64,000 nucleotides of DNA from the human T2T-CHM13v2.0 reference genome, Homo sapiens. The notes beneath the pieces were generated by a model, which worked only from the letters and a program-made list of their open reading frames with translations, made no database searches and was not told the origin of the DNA. Location of the stretch: NCBI RefSeq assembly GCF_009914755.1, contig NC_060930.1; one strand, written 5' to 3'. Positions 31,760-47,075 of this stretch are shown here, in pieces (the stretch's first letter is position 1; each line of letters begins with the position of its first letter). The position numbers were made by a program, and so were the translations under genes.

Positions 31760-32012
31760 TATGCCAGGCACAGAAAGGTAAATACCACATGATCTTATTC
31801 ATGGAATCTGAAAGAGACAAACTGCTAGAATCAGAGAGTAGAATGGTAGCTACCAGGAAAATTAGGAAAATGATGGTCAAAAGAGATAAAATTACAATTA
31901 GACAGGAGAAGTAAGTTCAGGGGATCTATTGTAGCAACATGATGACTATAGTTAATAACAATGTATTGTATACTTGAAGATTGCCAAGTGAGTAGATTGT
32001 GAGTGTTCCTAC

Positions 32013-32050
<38 letters not shown>

Positions 32051-32190
32051 GTATGTGAGGTAATGGATATGTTAATTAGCTTGATTTAGCCACTCCACAA
32101 TGTATGCATGTATCAAAACATCATGTTGCACAACAACATAAATATATATAATTTTTATTTGTCAATGAAAAATTAAAGAGTAGAAAAAAT
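31760..32190 (+). mobile_element. Old L1M (L1MA/L1MB-type) 3' end with internal (CA)n at about 32019-32047
   Basis: gccaggcacagaaaggtaaatacc...gtgactatagttaataacaatgtattgtatacttgaa...aaaacatcatgttg. Confidence 0.8.
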
Positions 32191-32639
32191 ACACAAAAGG
32201 ATATAGGCTTACATAGGTAGATGACATAGATAATATTTTATTAACAAGGTCACAAGTAAGCAGTTTGAAGGCTTATTTTTTTCTCATTAGCTAAGCATAG
32301 ATGTTATTATGAATTTTAAAATGAATGGTTTCCAGTTGCTAATGAAAACTGAAAGCGGGAGTCTGTCTCAGATGTTATGGTTTCAATAATTTATTCACTT
32401 AAACATACAAATTTTGAGGTGAGGAAGATCTGCAGATTTCCCTCAGATCTATCCTTTGTTTTTATTTTTAATTTTTTTAATAAATATGCCTAAGTGGCAG
32501 GAAATCTAGGATTTCAAGTGTTTTGCATGCTGCATGAAATTAACCTGAGATTTGCCCAGTTCATAATCTGTCTTAATCTATCCCTTATAAATTGATAACC
32601 ATGATAAAAAGGTCAATGATATTTGATGACATATGAACA

Positions 32640-32960
32640 GGAGGTGACAGAGGGTGGCATCCTGGGATGGAGAAAGATCAGTGGATTTGGGATATGTTTT
32701 ATAGGCAGAATCAATAGGACTTGCTGATGAATTGGATGTGGCAGAGATGAGGAAGAGAATTGGAGGATAACTCCTAGAGCAGTCAGGCAGGTGCTGATGC
32801 CATACACTGAGAAGGGTTAGCCTAGAGGATGGGCAATTTTAAGAGTTGGAGGAGTGAAAATTTTTGTCTTCAGGATGCCTACGAGACATCTAAATGGACA
32901 AGTCAATGAAGCGATTTGATATATAGGTCTGGTGGATCAGACGGAAAAAGATTCTGAGAT
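32640..32960. mobile_element. L2 fragment
   Basis: ggatttgggatatgtttt...aggacttgctgatgaattggatgtgg...gagacatctaaatgga. Confidence 0.65.
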
Positions 32961-32980
32961 ATACATTTTTGAATATTTGA

Positions 32981-33281
<301 letters not shown>

Positions 33282-35019
33282 TGAGTGTATATTTTCAAAA
33301 CATATTTTATATGATTGAGGAGAAAACAGTGCAAATGAAATTATCCCATACCTGACAAGCCACATGAGTAGATTACCTTTTCAGTACAAATGGAACCACA
33401 GAATATGAGAAGGAAAGACGGAGCCTTAGAAGTCCTCCACTCTTTTGATATATAGATGTTACCATAACTAACCCCAAACAGGTTAAGTGACTTGCCCAAG
33501 CTCACAAAAATTAAGTGATAATAGAATGTCTGGTTCCAAAGCCTTCATCTTTCCCATTATACCAATTTTTCTCTATAAATGTTTCATAGAAATTATTTTG
33601 GGTGTTAATGTGTCACCCAGAAAAAAAGGGTGCTGTAGTCAAATGAGTTTGGAATTGCTGGTTTCAACATAATTGGCTTTTTACACTTCTCGGAATGTTT
33701 CCTTTTTAGACAAGGACTTCTCAGAGCCTTTGTTACAGAGACTTTAAAGTAATAGTGTGTCTACACCCTTCTAAAAATAGAACATACAACATTTTTTTAT
33801 CTCATTTATTTGGCCATCTCTGAAGAAGCATCTTGCAGAATTATTGTTCTGGGAGGCACTCTAAAAATGTGACAAGGAGTAGAAAAGGCAGTTGATACAA
33901 AGAAGAGCAGAACACAAGGATGGAAATAGGAAATGTAAAAAAATAGACTATTATATCTGATTTATATTAAACGTATATTAATGAAAAGCCTAATTTAGTA
34001 AACAGTTAAAGTGGTATGTTACCTAAAAGATATATAATAAGGATCTCAACATAATATTTATATAAAGTAACATGTTACTACATATATATATATATATATA
34101 TGAGAAATGTTTTTCCAAGCTAGGCTTCTAGAGAACAGAAGAACCAAGCCAGATAATCTAGAACTCAACATTTTCTTGCTTTCCCAAGAGTTCTTATTAT
34201 GATCAAAAAAGTGAGATAAGTAACAGTTCAAAATAGCTTATTCACATTTGAAATGACAGTAACAGGCTTGAAAGGGAAGTTTGATGTTGCACTCTCAGAG
34301 AAATTATGTTGGAAGAATATATTGAAAATATATTCGATTACATTGAAAGCACTTGACATATGCAGAAGGTTGAAGAATAACAGCAATGTTAACTAGGAAG
34401 CACATAATATATGAAAAATCATTTTCCTTTCATTAACATCACAATACAAAATGTTTTCCTTTCATTAACATCACAATACAAAGTTGACAGCAATCATAAA
34501 CTCTTGAGCAGATTATTGTTTCTTTTTATCTGCAATCATCTTTGAATGTATTTCTAAACACTTTCACATTACAAAGCAAAAAATGAGTCTATAAGAGGTA
34601 TTTGGAATCATGTTTTATATTTTAGTTAATAATCCTGAGCAAGATTCTAGATTGACAATAAATGATATCCTGTTAGTTTTCATCTAATTATTATCTTGAG
34701 TTCCTAGTTCATTTCACAGAAAGATAACAACTTAAGGGGACTTCATATCATCTTCTGCTCATTAGACCAACTTAGAGATAGCAGATATAACAACTCTTCT
34801 CTGAAAGCTATAAAGCTTTGTGTGTAGCTTGCTTAGAATCAGTGGTGGCAAGTGCAGCTTCAATTACTGTGCAAATAATTTAGTGTTTTGTATTTCATAT
34901 GGTTATAGAGTACCATTTTCTACCAAGCTTATTTTTCTAAGGGATTTCTTTCAATAAACACTTATTAAGCACCTGCCATGTTAATTAGAAGGCAACCAAT
35001 TATGATTGTTAGGGTGCAA

Positions 35020-36290
35020 ATTCTCCCTTGATCCCAATTCTCCTCCAGCTACTGTCCTAGTTCTCCATTTCTGTTTTGTAACAAAACTCCTTGACAGAGT
35101 TATCTGCTTCTGTGGCTCCAAATCTTCTGCGTACCATTCTTTCTCTCACCCTAATAAGATTTTCACCTCACCACATCACCCCACTGCTATTTCAAGATCA
35201 CAAATGACATCATTTCTGCTAACACCAGTGGTTCATTCTTAGCCATCCTCTTGCACGATCTCTTAGTCACAGATGATTGTCACTCTTTCCTGTAACGTTT
35301 CTCTTCCCTTGGCTTTCCGGACACTCCACTCATCTGGTTTTCTTCCTGCTTCCCTGGCTGCTCCTCCTTCAGCTTTTCTTTCCTCATCTCCCCTAACTCT
35401 AAATAAATTGGAGGTTATCAGAATTCAGTCTTTGGACATCATCTCTATCAACACTCCCTCACTTGTGATGTAATCTGATTTCGTTGGGATAATGATTGTG
35501 CTTTTGATGACTTACAAATTTTTGTCTCCAACCTGGAGCTCTCCTGAACTGCACACTCATATACTAATTGCCTAATTGGCGTCTCCGCTTGGATATCTAA
35601 TGGGAATCTCAAACTTAATGGGTATAAAAGCGAACTCCAGATAGTCTCCTGACAACAGCTCTTTCTGCATTTTCCCATCTCTGAGTGGCAATTCATACTT
35701 CCAGTTAACAAAATTATTGCCAAAAATATTGGAATCATCCTTTTCTCCCCTCTTTTTCTCGTATTCTCCATCCCATCTATCAGTGAATACTGTCAGCTCT
35801 ACTTTCAAAATTGGTCCATAAATCTGCCATTTTTCACTCACAGGATCTAGTTTTTTTGGTACCTCTATGACTCCATTTTCTATTCCAATTTTCTCTACCA
35901 CTGTCCCGCTTGCAAATCCTTCCTGCATATTATTGTCTTTGGCTTTGTTTTTCTCTGTGCTTGGAATGCTCTTCTCCCCACTATCTATATAGAATTCTTC
36001 TTCACCTTTTCAGGCCTTTACTCAAATGTCCCCTTCTCAGTGAGGCATTCCCAGCTAACTCTGTCTAGAATTGCATCCTTCAGGCCACAAGACTTCTTGA
36101 AAATTTCTATTTTCCACTCCTGTTTTAATGTCTTCATTAGCCCTTTTTACTTCTTATTGACCACACATTTCATTTATTTTGTTTATTGTCCATATTTCTC
36201 ATCAGATTTTCCTTGAGAGCCGGGATTCATGTTTTGTTCATTGCCTTGTACGTAGTACATGCTTAATAAATATTTGATGAATGAGAGTTG
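35020..36290 (+). mobile_element. L2a 3' portion
   Basis: Pyrimidine-rich L2 motifs (ctccgcttggatatctaatgggaatctcaaacttaa; cttggaatgctcttc), ending gcttaataaatatttgatgaatga. Confidence 0.8.
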
Positions 36291-36639
36291 AAGAACTGAA
36301 TAGAGTCCATCAGATTTCAAAGATACCATTGATGACTTGGTAGGAGCAGTTTTGCAGGAGTAGTAGACCTAAATAGTTTCACTTAAAAATGGAGACAACA
36401 AAAGAGGGATACCTTTTAAAGGATGAAAGAGAAGATAGTATGTGGAAGACTTACAGTTGAAAGAGGGTCTTTGTTAGTTTAAAGACAGTAGTGACTTGTG
36501 GGAACGAAGGAGCCAGGAGAAAGGGAAAGTCAGGTAAAATGAAGAGCGCAGATGATTATTAGAGTCAGCCTCTTGATGAAGCAAAAATGGATAGGATGGG
36601 GGATCATGAAGGTATTAGACTGCATAGCAGGAGTAACAC

Positions 36640-36819
36640 CAGGAGCCAGCTCCAAAATTGTGCAACCAGGGTGGTTGCATAGGGCTCCTTGATTAGAAGA
36701 GACTTGCATTTGGTTTAATGTTCTATTCTTGCTGTCTTGAAATTTTTCATTATTTTTGAACAAGCGTACTGCATTTTCATTTTGCACTGGGCACCAACAA
36801 ATTACATAGCCAGTGCTCA
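36640..36819. mobile_element. MER91A-like hAT-Tip100 DNA transposon
   Basis: ttggtttaatgttct...gtcttgaaatttttcattatttttgaacaag...cattttcattttgcactggg...caaattacatagccagt. Confidence 0.75.
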
Positions 36820-37408
36820 CAAGTGCATCTTCCATTGTAAAAAGAGGGAAGGCAGAAAGAATAAGCACAGATCACGGGGAGTTTTAGATATTTAATGGCA
36901 GGAAGTTGAGGGAACTCCTGTCTGATAACTTTGATTATTTTTTTTTCCTATGAAGTAGAAAGTGAGGTTGTCTCCTAAGAAAGAGCAAAGGGAGTAGAAA
37001 GTGTGAAGAAGCTGGGGAGAGTGCAATCCTGCATAGGGAATTGGCTAAGGACATACACCACGGAGTCAGTTGGCCCAAGCTCAAGTTGTGACTGTCACTC
37101 ACTAGTCTCTGACTTTGGACAAGTCACTTTACCTGCTTGTGTTTCATTTTAGTAATCTGTAAATGGAGGCTCTGAGAATACCCTAGAAGACTGTCTGGCA
37201 CTTCATAACTCTGTAGAATAGGAGAAAGTTGATCAGGAGAAGGTAGATTCCCAAACCTACTCATATCGCTCTTCTTTGTATAGTTTCCATATCTGAATTG
37301 AGGGCAAAATATGGACGGTGGACAAAGGAAAAACCAATGGTTTTATTCTAACATAATACAAAATAAATTTCAATATATTCCACATATGAATGGAAATTTT
37401 TTTTTCAG

Positions 37409-37476
37409 ATGCAAAAGAGAAAGATGAAAAAACAACACAAGACCAATTGGAAAAGCCTCAAAATGAAGAAAAATGA
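37409..37476 (+). CDS. PKIB: PKIB last coding exon: (D)AKEKDEKTTQDQLEKPQNEEK*, completing 78 aa
   Basis: Acceptor ttttttttcag|AT completes the phase-1 codon G|AT (Asp). TGA at 37474-37476. 56+22 codons = 78 aa. Confidence 0.95.
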
Positions 37477-38655
37477 AGGCTCATAATCTATCAAGAGTGC
37501 TGAATTTCTGCATGTTGAAAGACTTAGTGGTTCTGTTTTCTTGAGACATTTAATCTGGTGGTAACTGTGGTAACATTGCAGCCCTAAGCAGCATGTGTAT
37601 ATTAGATAATTGTGTTGTGATGCTACTCACTTTGATTGCAATGATGATGTCCAAGGTAAGCTATTAAAAGGCAGGTTACTTCCAAATCGCACTGAAGGAA
37701 AAGGTTAAGAATAATACATGATCACAGAAATGCATACCACTGTCTGTAAACCCAACAAAATTCACTGTTCTCTTTTGGATTTATTTAGCCTGATGTATTT
37801 TTAATTCAATTTTTATGGTGATGGGCAAATCATTCTTGGTAAATGTAAATCAAACATGATTGATTTAAAACTTCATGGAATTTGTAGAAAATTATGGACA
37901 TTTTTGGTGAGAAAGAACAATAGTCAAAACTCACATGGATAGAGTGTGTTTGTTTTTTGCCAAAAATGCCCCAGACTTTTTCCCAAACCTCAAAAACGTC
38001 TTGGAAAAATTGTAAAAGTTTGATAACAGAAACATCTTTAGGATATTTTTGTCTGACGTATTTTGCTTCTAGTATGTGCCTACTGTGATTTTTTTCATGT
38101 GGAAAATGCAAAATTTGTAACAAAATGGTTATATGGAACATGCCTATTAAATGAATTTTACTATCTTCCCTAACTTTGGTCTGTGTATGTGTGTGTGTTT
38201 TACTTTAATATGAATTATACAAAATACTAGTTGTTTTACACTCTCTTTTCTTATTCTTAGGGCTTTTGTGTATGTCTGACTTGTTTTTAAATAACTTCCT
38301 CAGCAATGCAGACCTTAATTTTTATATTTTTTTAAAGTAGCTAACATAGCAGTAGGCACTTAAGCATTTAGTCAATGATATTGGTAGAAATAGTAAAATA
38401 CATCCTTTAAATATATATCTAAGCATATATTTTAAAAGGAGCAAAAATAAAACCAAAGTGTTAGTAAATTTTGATTTATTAGATATTTTAGAAAAATAAT
38501 AGAATTCTGAAGTTTTAAAAATGTCAGTAATTAATTTATTTTCATTTTCAGAAATATATGCATGCAGTTATGTTTTATTTGATTGTTGACTTAGGCTATG
38601 TCTGTATACAGTAACCAAATAAACTCTTTCACTATTAAAGAGATTTCTTACTGAC
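37477..38655 (+). other. PKIB: PKIB 3' UTR (AU-rich, repeat-free); end approximate
   Basis: About 1.2 kb of unique AT-rich sequence between the stop codon and clustered poly(A) signals. Confidence 0.75.
38618..38639 (+). terminator. Polyadenylation signals AATAAA (38618-38623) and ATTAAA (38634-38639); another AATAAA at 38446-38451
   Basis: Hexamers seen directly, with upstream TGTA and downstream T-rich sequence. Confidence 0.7.
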
Positions 38656-39004
38656 ACAAGTCTCCTTCATTTTATCTTCAGAAGTAGGCTGAGTAAAAAA
38701 TGGTGACACATTTTATAGAATGAAGTTAACAGTCTTTGCAATATAAATCACCTCTGGCTTATTATTTAATTGACAGAGCTTACCTTTATATCTTATATAC
38801 ACCAAAGGGGTAGATCTCAAAGAACCTGATTGCTTTAAGTTTTCAAATATAATTTTTTCTTTATTAAATAATCAAAAGTAATATTTTAAGTGTAGCACTA
38901 ATTTAATATTCAATAACATTTATCACAGCCATTAAAATTATATTTCTAAAAGTTATTTAATGACATGAGGTTTTATAATCAGATAAAGAGGGGTTAGAGT
39001 GGAA

Positions 39005-39250
39005 CAGTGGTTTTCAGCATGGATGGGGAAGAAATTTTGCCCCCTAGAGGGCATTTGACAATGTCTGGAGACTTTTTGGCTGCCACAACTGGAGGTGGAA
39101 AGCAAGGGAGAAAAGGTGCTACTGTAATGTAGTGGGCAGAGGCTGGGGATACCGCTAAGCTGCTAAGCATCTTACCATTCCACAGGGCAGCCCTGACAGC
39201 AAGGATTACCCGGTCATGTGTGTCAACAATGCTGAGGTTGAGACACTCTG
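39005..39250. mobile_element. MER20 DNA transposon
   Basis: cagtggttttca...ttttgcccc..gggcatttgacaatgtctggagac...gctgaggttgagacactctg. Confidence 0.85.
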
Positions 39251-39254
39251 GAGT

Positions 39255-39505
39255 AGAGTTAAACTGTTAAGCATATGGATTTTAAATTCAGATTATCTGG
39301 GTTTGAATTCTAGCTCTGCTACTCAGTAGTTGCGTGATCCTGGGCAACTTACATCATGTCTCTAAGTCTCAGTTTTATCCTCTGTGGAATGGTTTTAATA
39401 ATAGCGCATACTTTATAGGGTGGGTGGAGGCAGTAAATGAGATAGTATATGCAAAACAATTGAATAATGCCTGGCAAAGAATAATTATTCAATAAATATT
39501 AGCTA
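39255..39505 (+). mobile_element. MIR
   Basis: ctgggtttgaattctagctctgctact...ctgggcaacttac...ctcagtttt...caataaatattagcta. Confidence 0.8.
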
Positions 39506-40599
39506 TCATCATCATCGTTGTCATATTTATTCAAGATGCTCTTGCCAATACTGTGGTAGTGGAGGTGGTAGGAAGCTCAATTTGTTTATTTGTCTGTCTT
39601 CTGCCTTTCTCTGTGACTTCACAAAATCTCTGTGATATCCCCAATGCTTGGTGCTGGGAGAAAACAGGATGGTAGAAATAGACAATTCATGGTAATTACC
39701 ACATGAATGCTAATTCAATCATGCTAATGGGTGACTGACAGGCCATGAGTATTACCATTTAACAATGAGTCTGCTCACTAGTGTTTTATGACAGTTACTG
39801 CAAAAAAATAGAATCTTGAGTCAGTATTTAAATGAGTAATTTGTTCCATGAAAATGTAGAAGAAATAAAGTAACATCGTTCTTGGATCATAGTTTTCTAC
39901 AATATTTTTCTCATTTAGAAGACCAAAAGTAAAGCCATGTCCCTCCTCATTATTGCTAACAGTTACATATATTCTGAATGATATATATTCTAAATCAATT
40001 ATTCACTACAATGCACACACAAACGTTCCATTATTTTGTATTACCCAAGGTATCAGGCTTGTTCACTGAGAATATGTGCTAACGAAAATGGTTTATTTTC
40101 CCTGAGGAGTCCAGACAAAGGAGAATGAGAGGTCAGTAGCAGTTTAGAGACAACGCTGAATTTGCCTACCAACTTTTTAAAAAATCAAGCTATTTTGAGG
40201 AACCTATGGTATTTTGTCATAGCAAGTAGACACTTTTACCAAAGCTATTTATTTGGGACTTATTAAAGAAAGTCTCCTTGCCCATTTTGCCATTGTCTTT
40301 GTACAAGGCACTTGCTTTAGTCAATAGCTATGAAGTCTAAATTAACACTGTCAGATAATCAGGCTAAAAGGTGACAATAAAGCTATAAAGCAGCTGTCTG
40401 AAAACTTAACTCTGTATAAAGGAGAAAGAACAAAAAGAATCTATTCTGTGTCATGTACCCAGAGATATTTTGTGTTCTGGGTAGAAAAGATTTGAACTTT
40501 CTTAAAACGTTAGTGAGTATAAGGGGAGGTGCCCTACTTAGAAAATAAACCACTAGTTTTCCTCAGGTGGCTTGACAACTTGGGCAGATGTTTGGCAAG

Positions 40600-41200
<601 letters not shown>

Positions 41201-41776
41201 AAAAAAAGGATATAACCAAAGCTCACTAATCTGTTACCCTGTCTGTGGAGCCTGGCCCCTCAAGTTCAAAGTACAGCTCTGCCATTTGCTCTTATGATTT
41301 TGTTCATTTTATTCCTTGTGCTTCCATTTATTCAACATGTAAAATGATAAATTATTATGAGGATTAAGTGAGTGAATATTAGTCATTGATAAGGGCAGTG
41401 CCTGGCATACTAGCAAAAACTCATATTATTATTATTTGCCAGAACATAAAGGATGATAAAGACTTTAAGTTGAATGTTCTAGATCTGTTGATTTTTTCCT
41501 ATGTTATTTGCCAGAATAGATTTCCTTCTATTCTTCTGCTCTTTTCTTTCCGCTAGCAACACCTCCGTGGCTAAAAACAGGACTGATTAATCAGACTGAG
41601 TCCCTTTTTTTTTTTTAGTGTTACTGATGACAACTCTCAGAACATTAAAAATCTGCAGCCAGTTAAAAACTGGAAGCGTTGGCTCAAACAAAGGGCTGGG
41701 GCAATGTTGTTGTTACTTGTTAAAATCCTAGAATGGATTTCTCAGTGGGCACACATCAACAGAAGTCATCATCATA

Positions 41777-42108
<332 letters not shown>

Positions 42109-43539
42109 TTAGCACATAGTAGATCCTTTTGAATCTTCATAAAAAATCATATAAAATAGTTGTTAATGTTTCTCATTTTTACAGATGAAGAAAATGGATT
42201 CAGAGAGTATCTTTGAGAGTTCACACAAGGAAGTGCAACAGTGACTTAGGACAGGGCTCTCAGAGTTTGGATGTGCACAGCCTCTCTTGTACCAAAAGTC
42301 CCCTCTTCCCCAAACCAGCTCATTCATGAGCATATTAGATTTGTCTGAATTTACTCAAAATTCTTAGGGAAATTTAAAAGTTGTATAAGAAGAATAACAT
42401 ATGAGCCAAAATGAGCACTGATATCTCAAAACAGCAATTTTATTTATTTATTTGGCTTTATTCTTTCATTAACTCATATTTTACCTCATTCCAGAAATGA
42501 TTTTATATGGCAAGCTGTTGGTATTGTTGTCATTTAATTTTCCATTAACTTGTAGAGCCCTGAAGGAGTGCAGAGTTGGTGAGAAGACTGGAATTCTTTG
42601 GGGTGGGAAGTAGTAGCTGGAAGAGAGGCAGAGAAGAAAGGCTCCCCATCCTTGGCTCGGCTCACATTCAGCTTGGGGCTAACCATGGTTGTGAAGAGGG
42701 CACATGGACATTCTGAGACACAAACTGCATCTGGCATGAACTAACTATGAACATTTTTAGAGAAGGGCCACATAGGTAAGTGAAATCATCTCATTTGTTC
42801 CTCAGTGATAAATTTCAGAGGCTGAATTATTTTTGGCAATGTTGATGGCAGAGAAGCATCCGAAGTGCCAGATGGGTCGCTACAGAGACCTCAGGGAACC
42901 ATAAGAAAGCCAGAAATCTGAAGAAAAAAAAAAAAAGTCTCACCTTAGAGTCTGTGGAATTGAGCTCTCATAGTGCTTTAGGCATACCAGATATTCAAAT
43001 AGTCCTGTTTTATAACGTATTTGTCACCTAAATTGAATTTCCATTAGTGGAAGGGATTTGTTTTTTACATATTGCCTTTCTTTGATGTAAAATTGTGGAG
43101 AATAATAGGAGAAAAAGCATGGGGCTGTCGTCAATAAATGCGGATTTGGTTCCAGGATTTTGACCTAAATTTAACCTATATTGACTACGTGCCTTTGGGT
43201 ACATTATTTTCACCCTGGGCAGTTTTTCTTATTTGAGAGAATTATTCAAAACTGACACTAGGTGGTGCTCTGCTCCCACTGGCTCTACAAAAAATTTAAT
43301 CGAGGCATGCCTGAGGTTTCCAGTTTGTTTCACCAATTCTGCTACATATGTTGGTCAGGATTACTGCAAAAACAAAACAGCAACCAAAACTACAGTATTT
43401 CAAACACAATTTTTTCAAGAGACACAAGAAAAATATTATAACAGTGTGCTATTCTGTGGCTACCAATTTTTTAGGATACCCTATGTTCTTAGGTACCAAA
43501 AGAAGGTGTTCTAATATAGCTTAAAAATATACTTCTCCC

Positions 43540-44015
43540 AAAGGAAAAATAAATCATTATGTTAAAAAGATACCTACACCAGTATATTTATCATAACACT
43601 ATTCATATTAGCAAAAATGCAGAATCAACCTGTGTCTATCAACAGATGACTGAATAAAGCAAATGTGGTACAATACAACGGAATACTACTTAGCCCTAAA
43701 AAGAATAAAATCATATCTTTTGCAGCAACATGAATGGAACTGGAGGCCATCAGAAAGTTTCTGAGTTATTTTACTTAATTACAACATGTTCTCACTCATA
43801 AGTGGGTACTAAATAATGCATACATACAGACATAGAAAGTGGAATTGTAGACATTGGAGACTTGGAAGCGGGTGGGAGTGAGATGAGAAATTACCTATTG
43901 GGTACAATGTACACTATTCAGGCGATGGCTACACTGAAAGCCCAGACTTCACCACTAGGCAATATATTCATGTAACAAGATGATACATAAGCCCTAAATC
44001 TATAAAAATAAAAAA
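43540..44015 (+). mobile_element. L1PB/L1MA 3' end
   Basis: tttgcagcaacatgaatggaactggaggccat...ttacctattgggtacaatgtacactatt...cccagacttcaccact. Confidence 0.85.
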
Positions 44016-44035
44016 ATACACTTCTTAAGAATATA

Positions 44036-44232
44036 TGGGGAGCAAGGGGAGGAATAGCTTTAGGACAAATACCTAATGCATGCGGGACTTAAAGCCTAGA
44101 TGATGGGTTGATGGGTGCAGCAAACCATCATGGCACATGTATACCTATGTAACAAACCTTCACGTTCTGCACATGTATCCCAGAACTGAAAGTATAATGA
44201 AATAAAAGCTAAAAATAAATAAATAAAAAGAA
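44036..44232 (+). mobile_element. L1PA 3' end (mid-age)
   Basis: ggacaaatacctaatgcatgcggg..ttaaagcctagatgatgggttgatgggtgcagcaaaccatcatggcacatg, with A-rich tail. Confidence 0.88.
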
Positions 44233-47036
44233 TATAAAGTCTATCACTTTTTCTGATGTGTAACAAAGAGTTCCTTTTTCTGTGTAACAGGGTCATCTGG
44301 ATCTTTTTAAAAAAAATTTAAAATAGCAATACACAAATGTTTTATTCGTTAAAATCAAATTACAAATAATCCTGAGTTCTCTACAAGCTTCAATTCAAAA
44401 TAGACCTCTGATGTCTTTCAAGTTTAAAGCACTGTTTTCAATTGTGACTTTTAGACTTGGAAGAGCCCCTGGCAGTTTGAACTCAAGTAAATGTGTAAAT
44501 GCTATGTGAATATGTGGTTTTGTTCTTGATTTAATTCAAAATATCATCTTATTGCTTAATAGTTCCCCTTCCAATTAGAAGAAAGATTGGCGTCTCCTAA
44601 GTGGAGGAATTGGGGTTAACAAGATGATTATTCCTGTTTTTCCAAGAGCAGGAAGGAAAATAGGGAGAACGTTTTCCACAAATCCCACTGTGTGTTATGT
44701 GGGAAAGTTGAATGCACAAAGGGGACGCTGGCCAGGTAGTCTTGGTGAGGTTCTATTGGGGTGAGAGATTCTGAGCACAGCTTCTGAAATCTCTGGAGTG
44801 CTTTCGCTCTACAAGAAGATGTACATTCAGTGACAGGCCCAGATGTGGGTAGTTAACAAGGGGAAGGAACAGATAGTATATAACTAACCCTTAGTATGTA
44901 TTAAAACTGTTCTCAGTGCTTTATGAGATTATTTAATTCTCACAATAGGCCAACATATGAGAAAATAGGCCCAGAGACGTACTGTCCAAGCTCACATGAG
45001 TAAATGTTAAAGCCAAGCTTCAAACCAAAGCAAGTTTGTTCCAGAATCCATGCTTTTAATCACTAATCTACATCATCTCCCCAAATGAGAGCAAACACAC
45101 AGTGATACTGTTGTAAGTGCTTTATTCACATTAACTTTTAATTTTCACAACAACCTCACGACACAGGATTTATTCTTGGTCTCCTTTCACAGCTGAGGAA
45201 ACTGAAGCACAGATTAGTTAAAAGGTTAAGATGATAATTAACGTTGAGGGTGTGCTTAAAGACAAGACTGCCTCTTAAAGTCTGTTTGAAGGGCACTCAG
45301 CAGGTGCAGAATTGAGCTCTGATCCCCACCACCTTCTTTTTTCCCTGGGGTTCTTCTTACTTGGGTAGATCCATGCTGCACAGCCTCCGAAGGCTTTGGT
45401 CTAAGCCTACGGATAATTTTGGTTCCTGGTGCCTCTTGTCATAGTTGGGATTAAAAAAAAAGACACTAAGTATAGAGGAAGAACAGGATACACTTCCTCT
45501 GCACTGAGCTCTACACTTTGAAAGAGCGCTGCTTTAGCAACAAAGTTCTGAGGCAACTTCACAGACACCTCCTGCTCCCTAGCACCAGCCGGCTCTCCAG
45601 GGGCACCATCTTCCTAAGTTTTCCCTTTTAACACCACAGTCAAGAAGGGCTTGGGTCTCCTCCCCAGGTGCTTGTCACCTACTGGTAATTAACGAAATGA
45701 ATCATTTCACTCTTCTGATGAAACATCTGCTTCCCTATAGCAACGGATGTTTAGGCGGTTGGCTAGGAGGGGGAATGTGTAGACCCAAGGAGATACCTTA
45801 TTAGTTACTTTACCTATTAGCAGAAAATGAGGTCTGGTGGCTGGATAATTGTGTCACTAAGAATGACAGAAAATCCAAAAGAAAAAGAAAGAGTGGTTCT
45901 CTTCCATTCACAGGTTCTTTTCAATACAAGTGTTCCTTTATTTCTTGGAACTTCAGTTTTCTTATATGCAAAATGAATTTATTGAAAAGCCCTCTAAATT
46001 CTAGCTAATTCTGATAGTCCCTGAATTTTGGACTCATTTTAAGAGAAATTTTGAGACAATAAAATGGATTATCAGTAATAATATATGTATTTTAACTTGC
46101 AACTAAATTAATATTTCCTTTTTTAATTTGTTTTCTATGTTTTCTGTGTTTAGTTTTCAAGCTGAAAGAAAACAGGCTGTATTATGCATACAGTATCTAC
46201 AATTGCACATTCAAAAACTGAGTTATATCATTTCTCAATATTAATTGAAGAAATGATTAGAATCCCTATAGAAAGTAATGCTGTGTTCATTTACTCAATT
46301 ACTTTGATGAATGCCTTCCTGAAGCTGTCCTCACTCCCCCTCATTGCTTCTCCAAGGTATGGAAATAGGCAGCCCCATACTGCCACATGTCTATGTTACA
46401 TATGTGTTATACCATGTTATCCTGGGTAATGAGTCATCCTATCTGACTGGCTGGGAACCATAAGGTGTTCTCCTTCTCTCAAGATTTTTGCCCCTTGAAA
46501 TAATCTTCCTGTTTCGTCTCACACCAAAGAGTCCCTATTCTTATATGCTTCTGGAGTTTCCATATTTGAGTTCTTCTGGCAATGACGGCCAGAGAGAAAG
46601 GAGAGGAAAGGAACCCACCAGTAGCTGTCTTTCTGCTGCCTGTCTGAGTACAGGTATATACAACGATGACGGGGGACATGGTGCGTGCAAACACATGATG
46701 AGCGTGAGCCATGCCAAGCGGGGACCTGAGTGAGGACCACTTACAGGTGTGGTGACAGAGGGAAGATGGACTTGGGTCCAGAAAGACGGGACAGAGAGAT
46801 GGGCAGGAAAAGGGAGAGTACTTCACATGAGGAGAAGCTGAGAGACGGCAGAAGTGCACATGGGTATTTTGAGAGAAGCAGGCTGGGGTGGTTGGCACTG
46901 AGGCGCAGAGAGAAAGTGGTGGGAGACAAGAAAAACAGGGTTGGAAATGAGGCTCACAGTAGATTCTAGAGATCCAGGAACGTCAGGCTAAAGCACCTGG
47001 CCTTTATCTTGCAGGCAACAGGGAATCTTAAAAGGC

Positions 47037-47041
<5 letters not shown>

Positions 47042-47074
<33 letters not shown>
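47042..47074. repeat. (GT)n microsatellite
   Basis: About 16 GT units. Confidence 0.9.

Positions 47075-47075
<1 letters not shown>

Noticed and set aside
46184-46969. Cluster of overlapping ORFs on both strands
   Set aside because: Purine/pyrimidine-skewed sequence with no domain similarity and no convincing splice structure.
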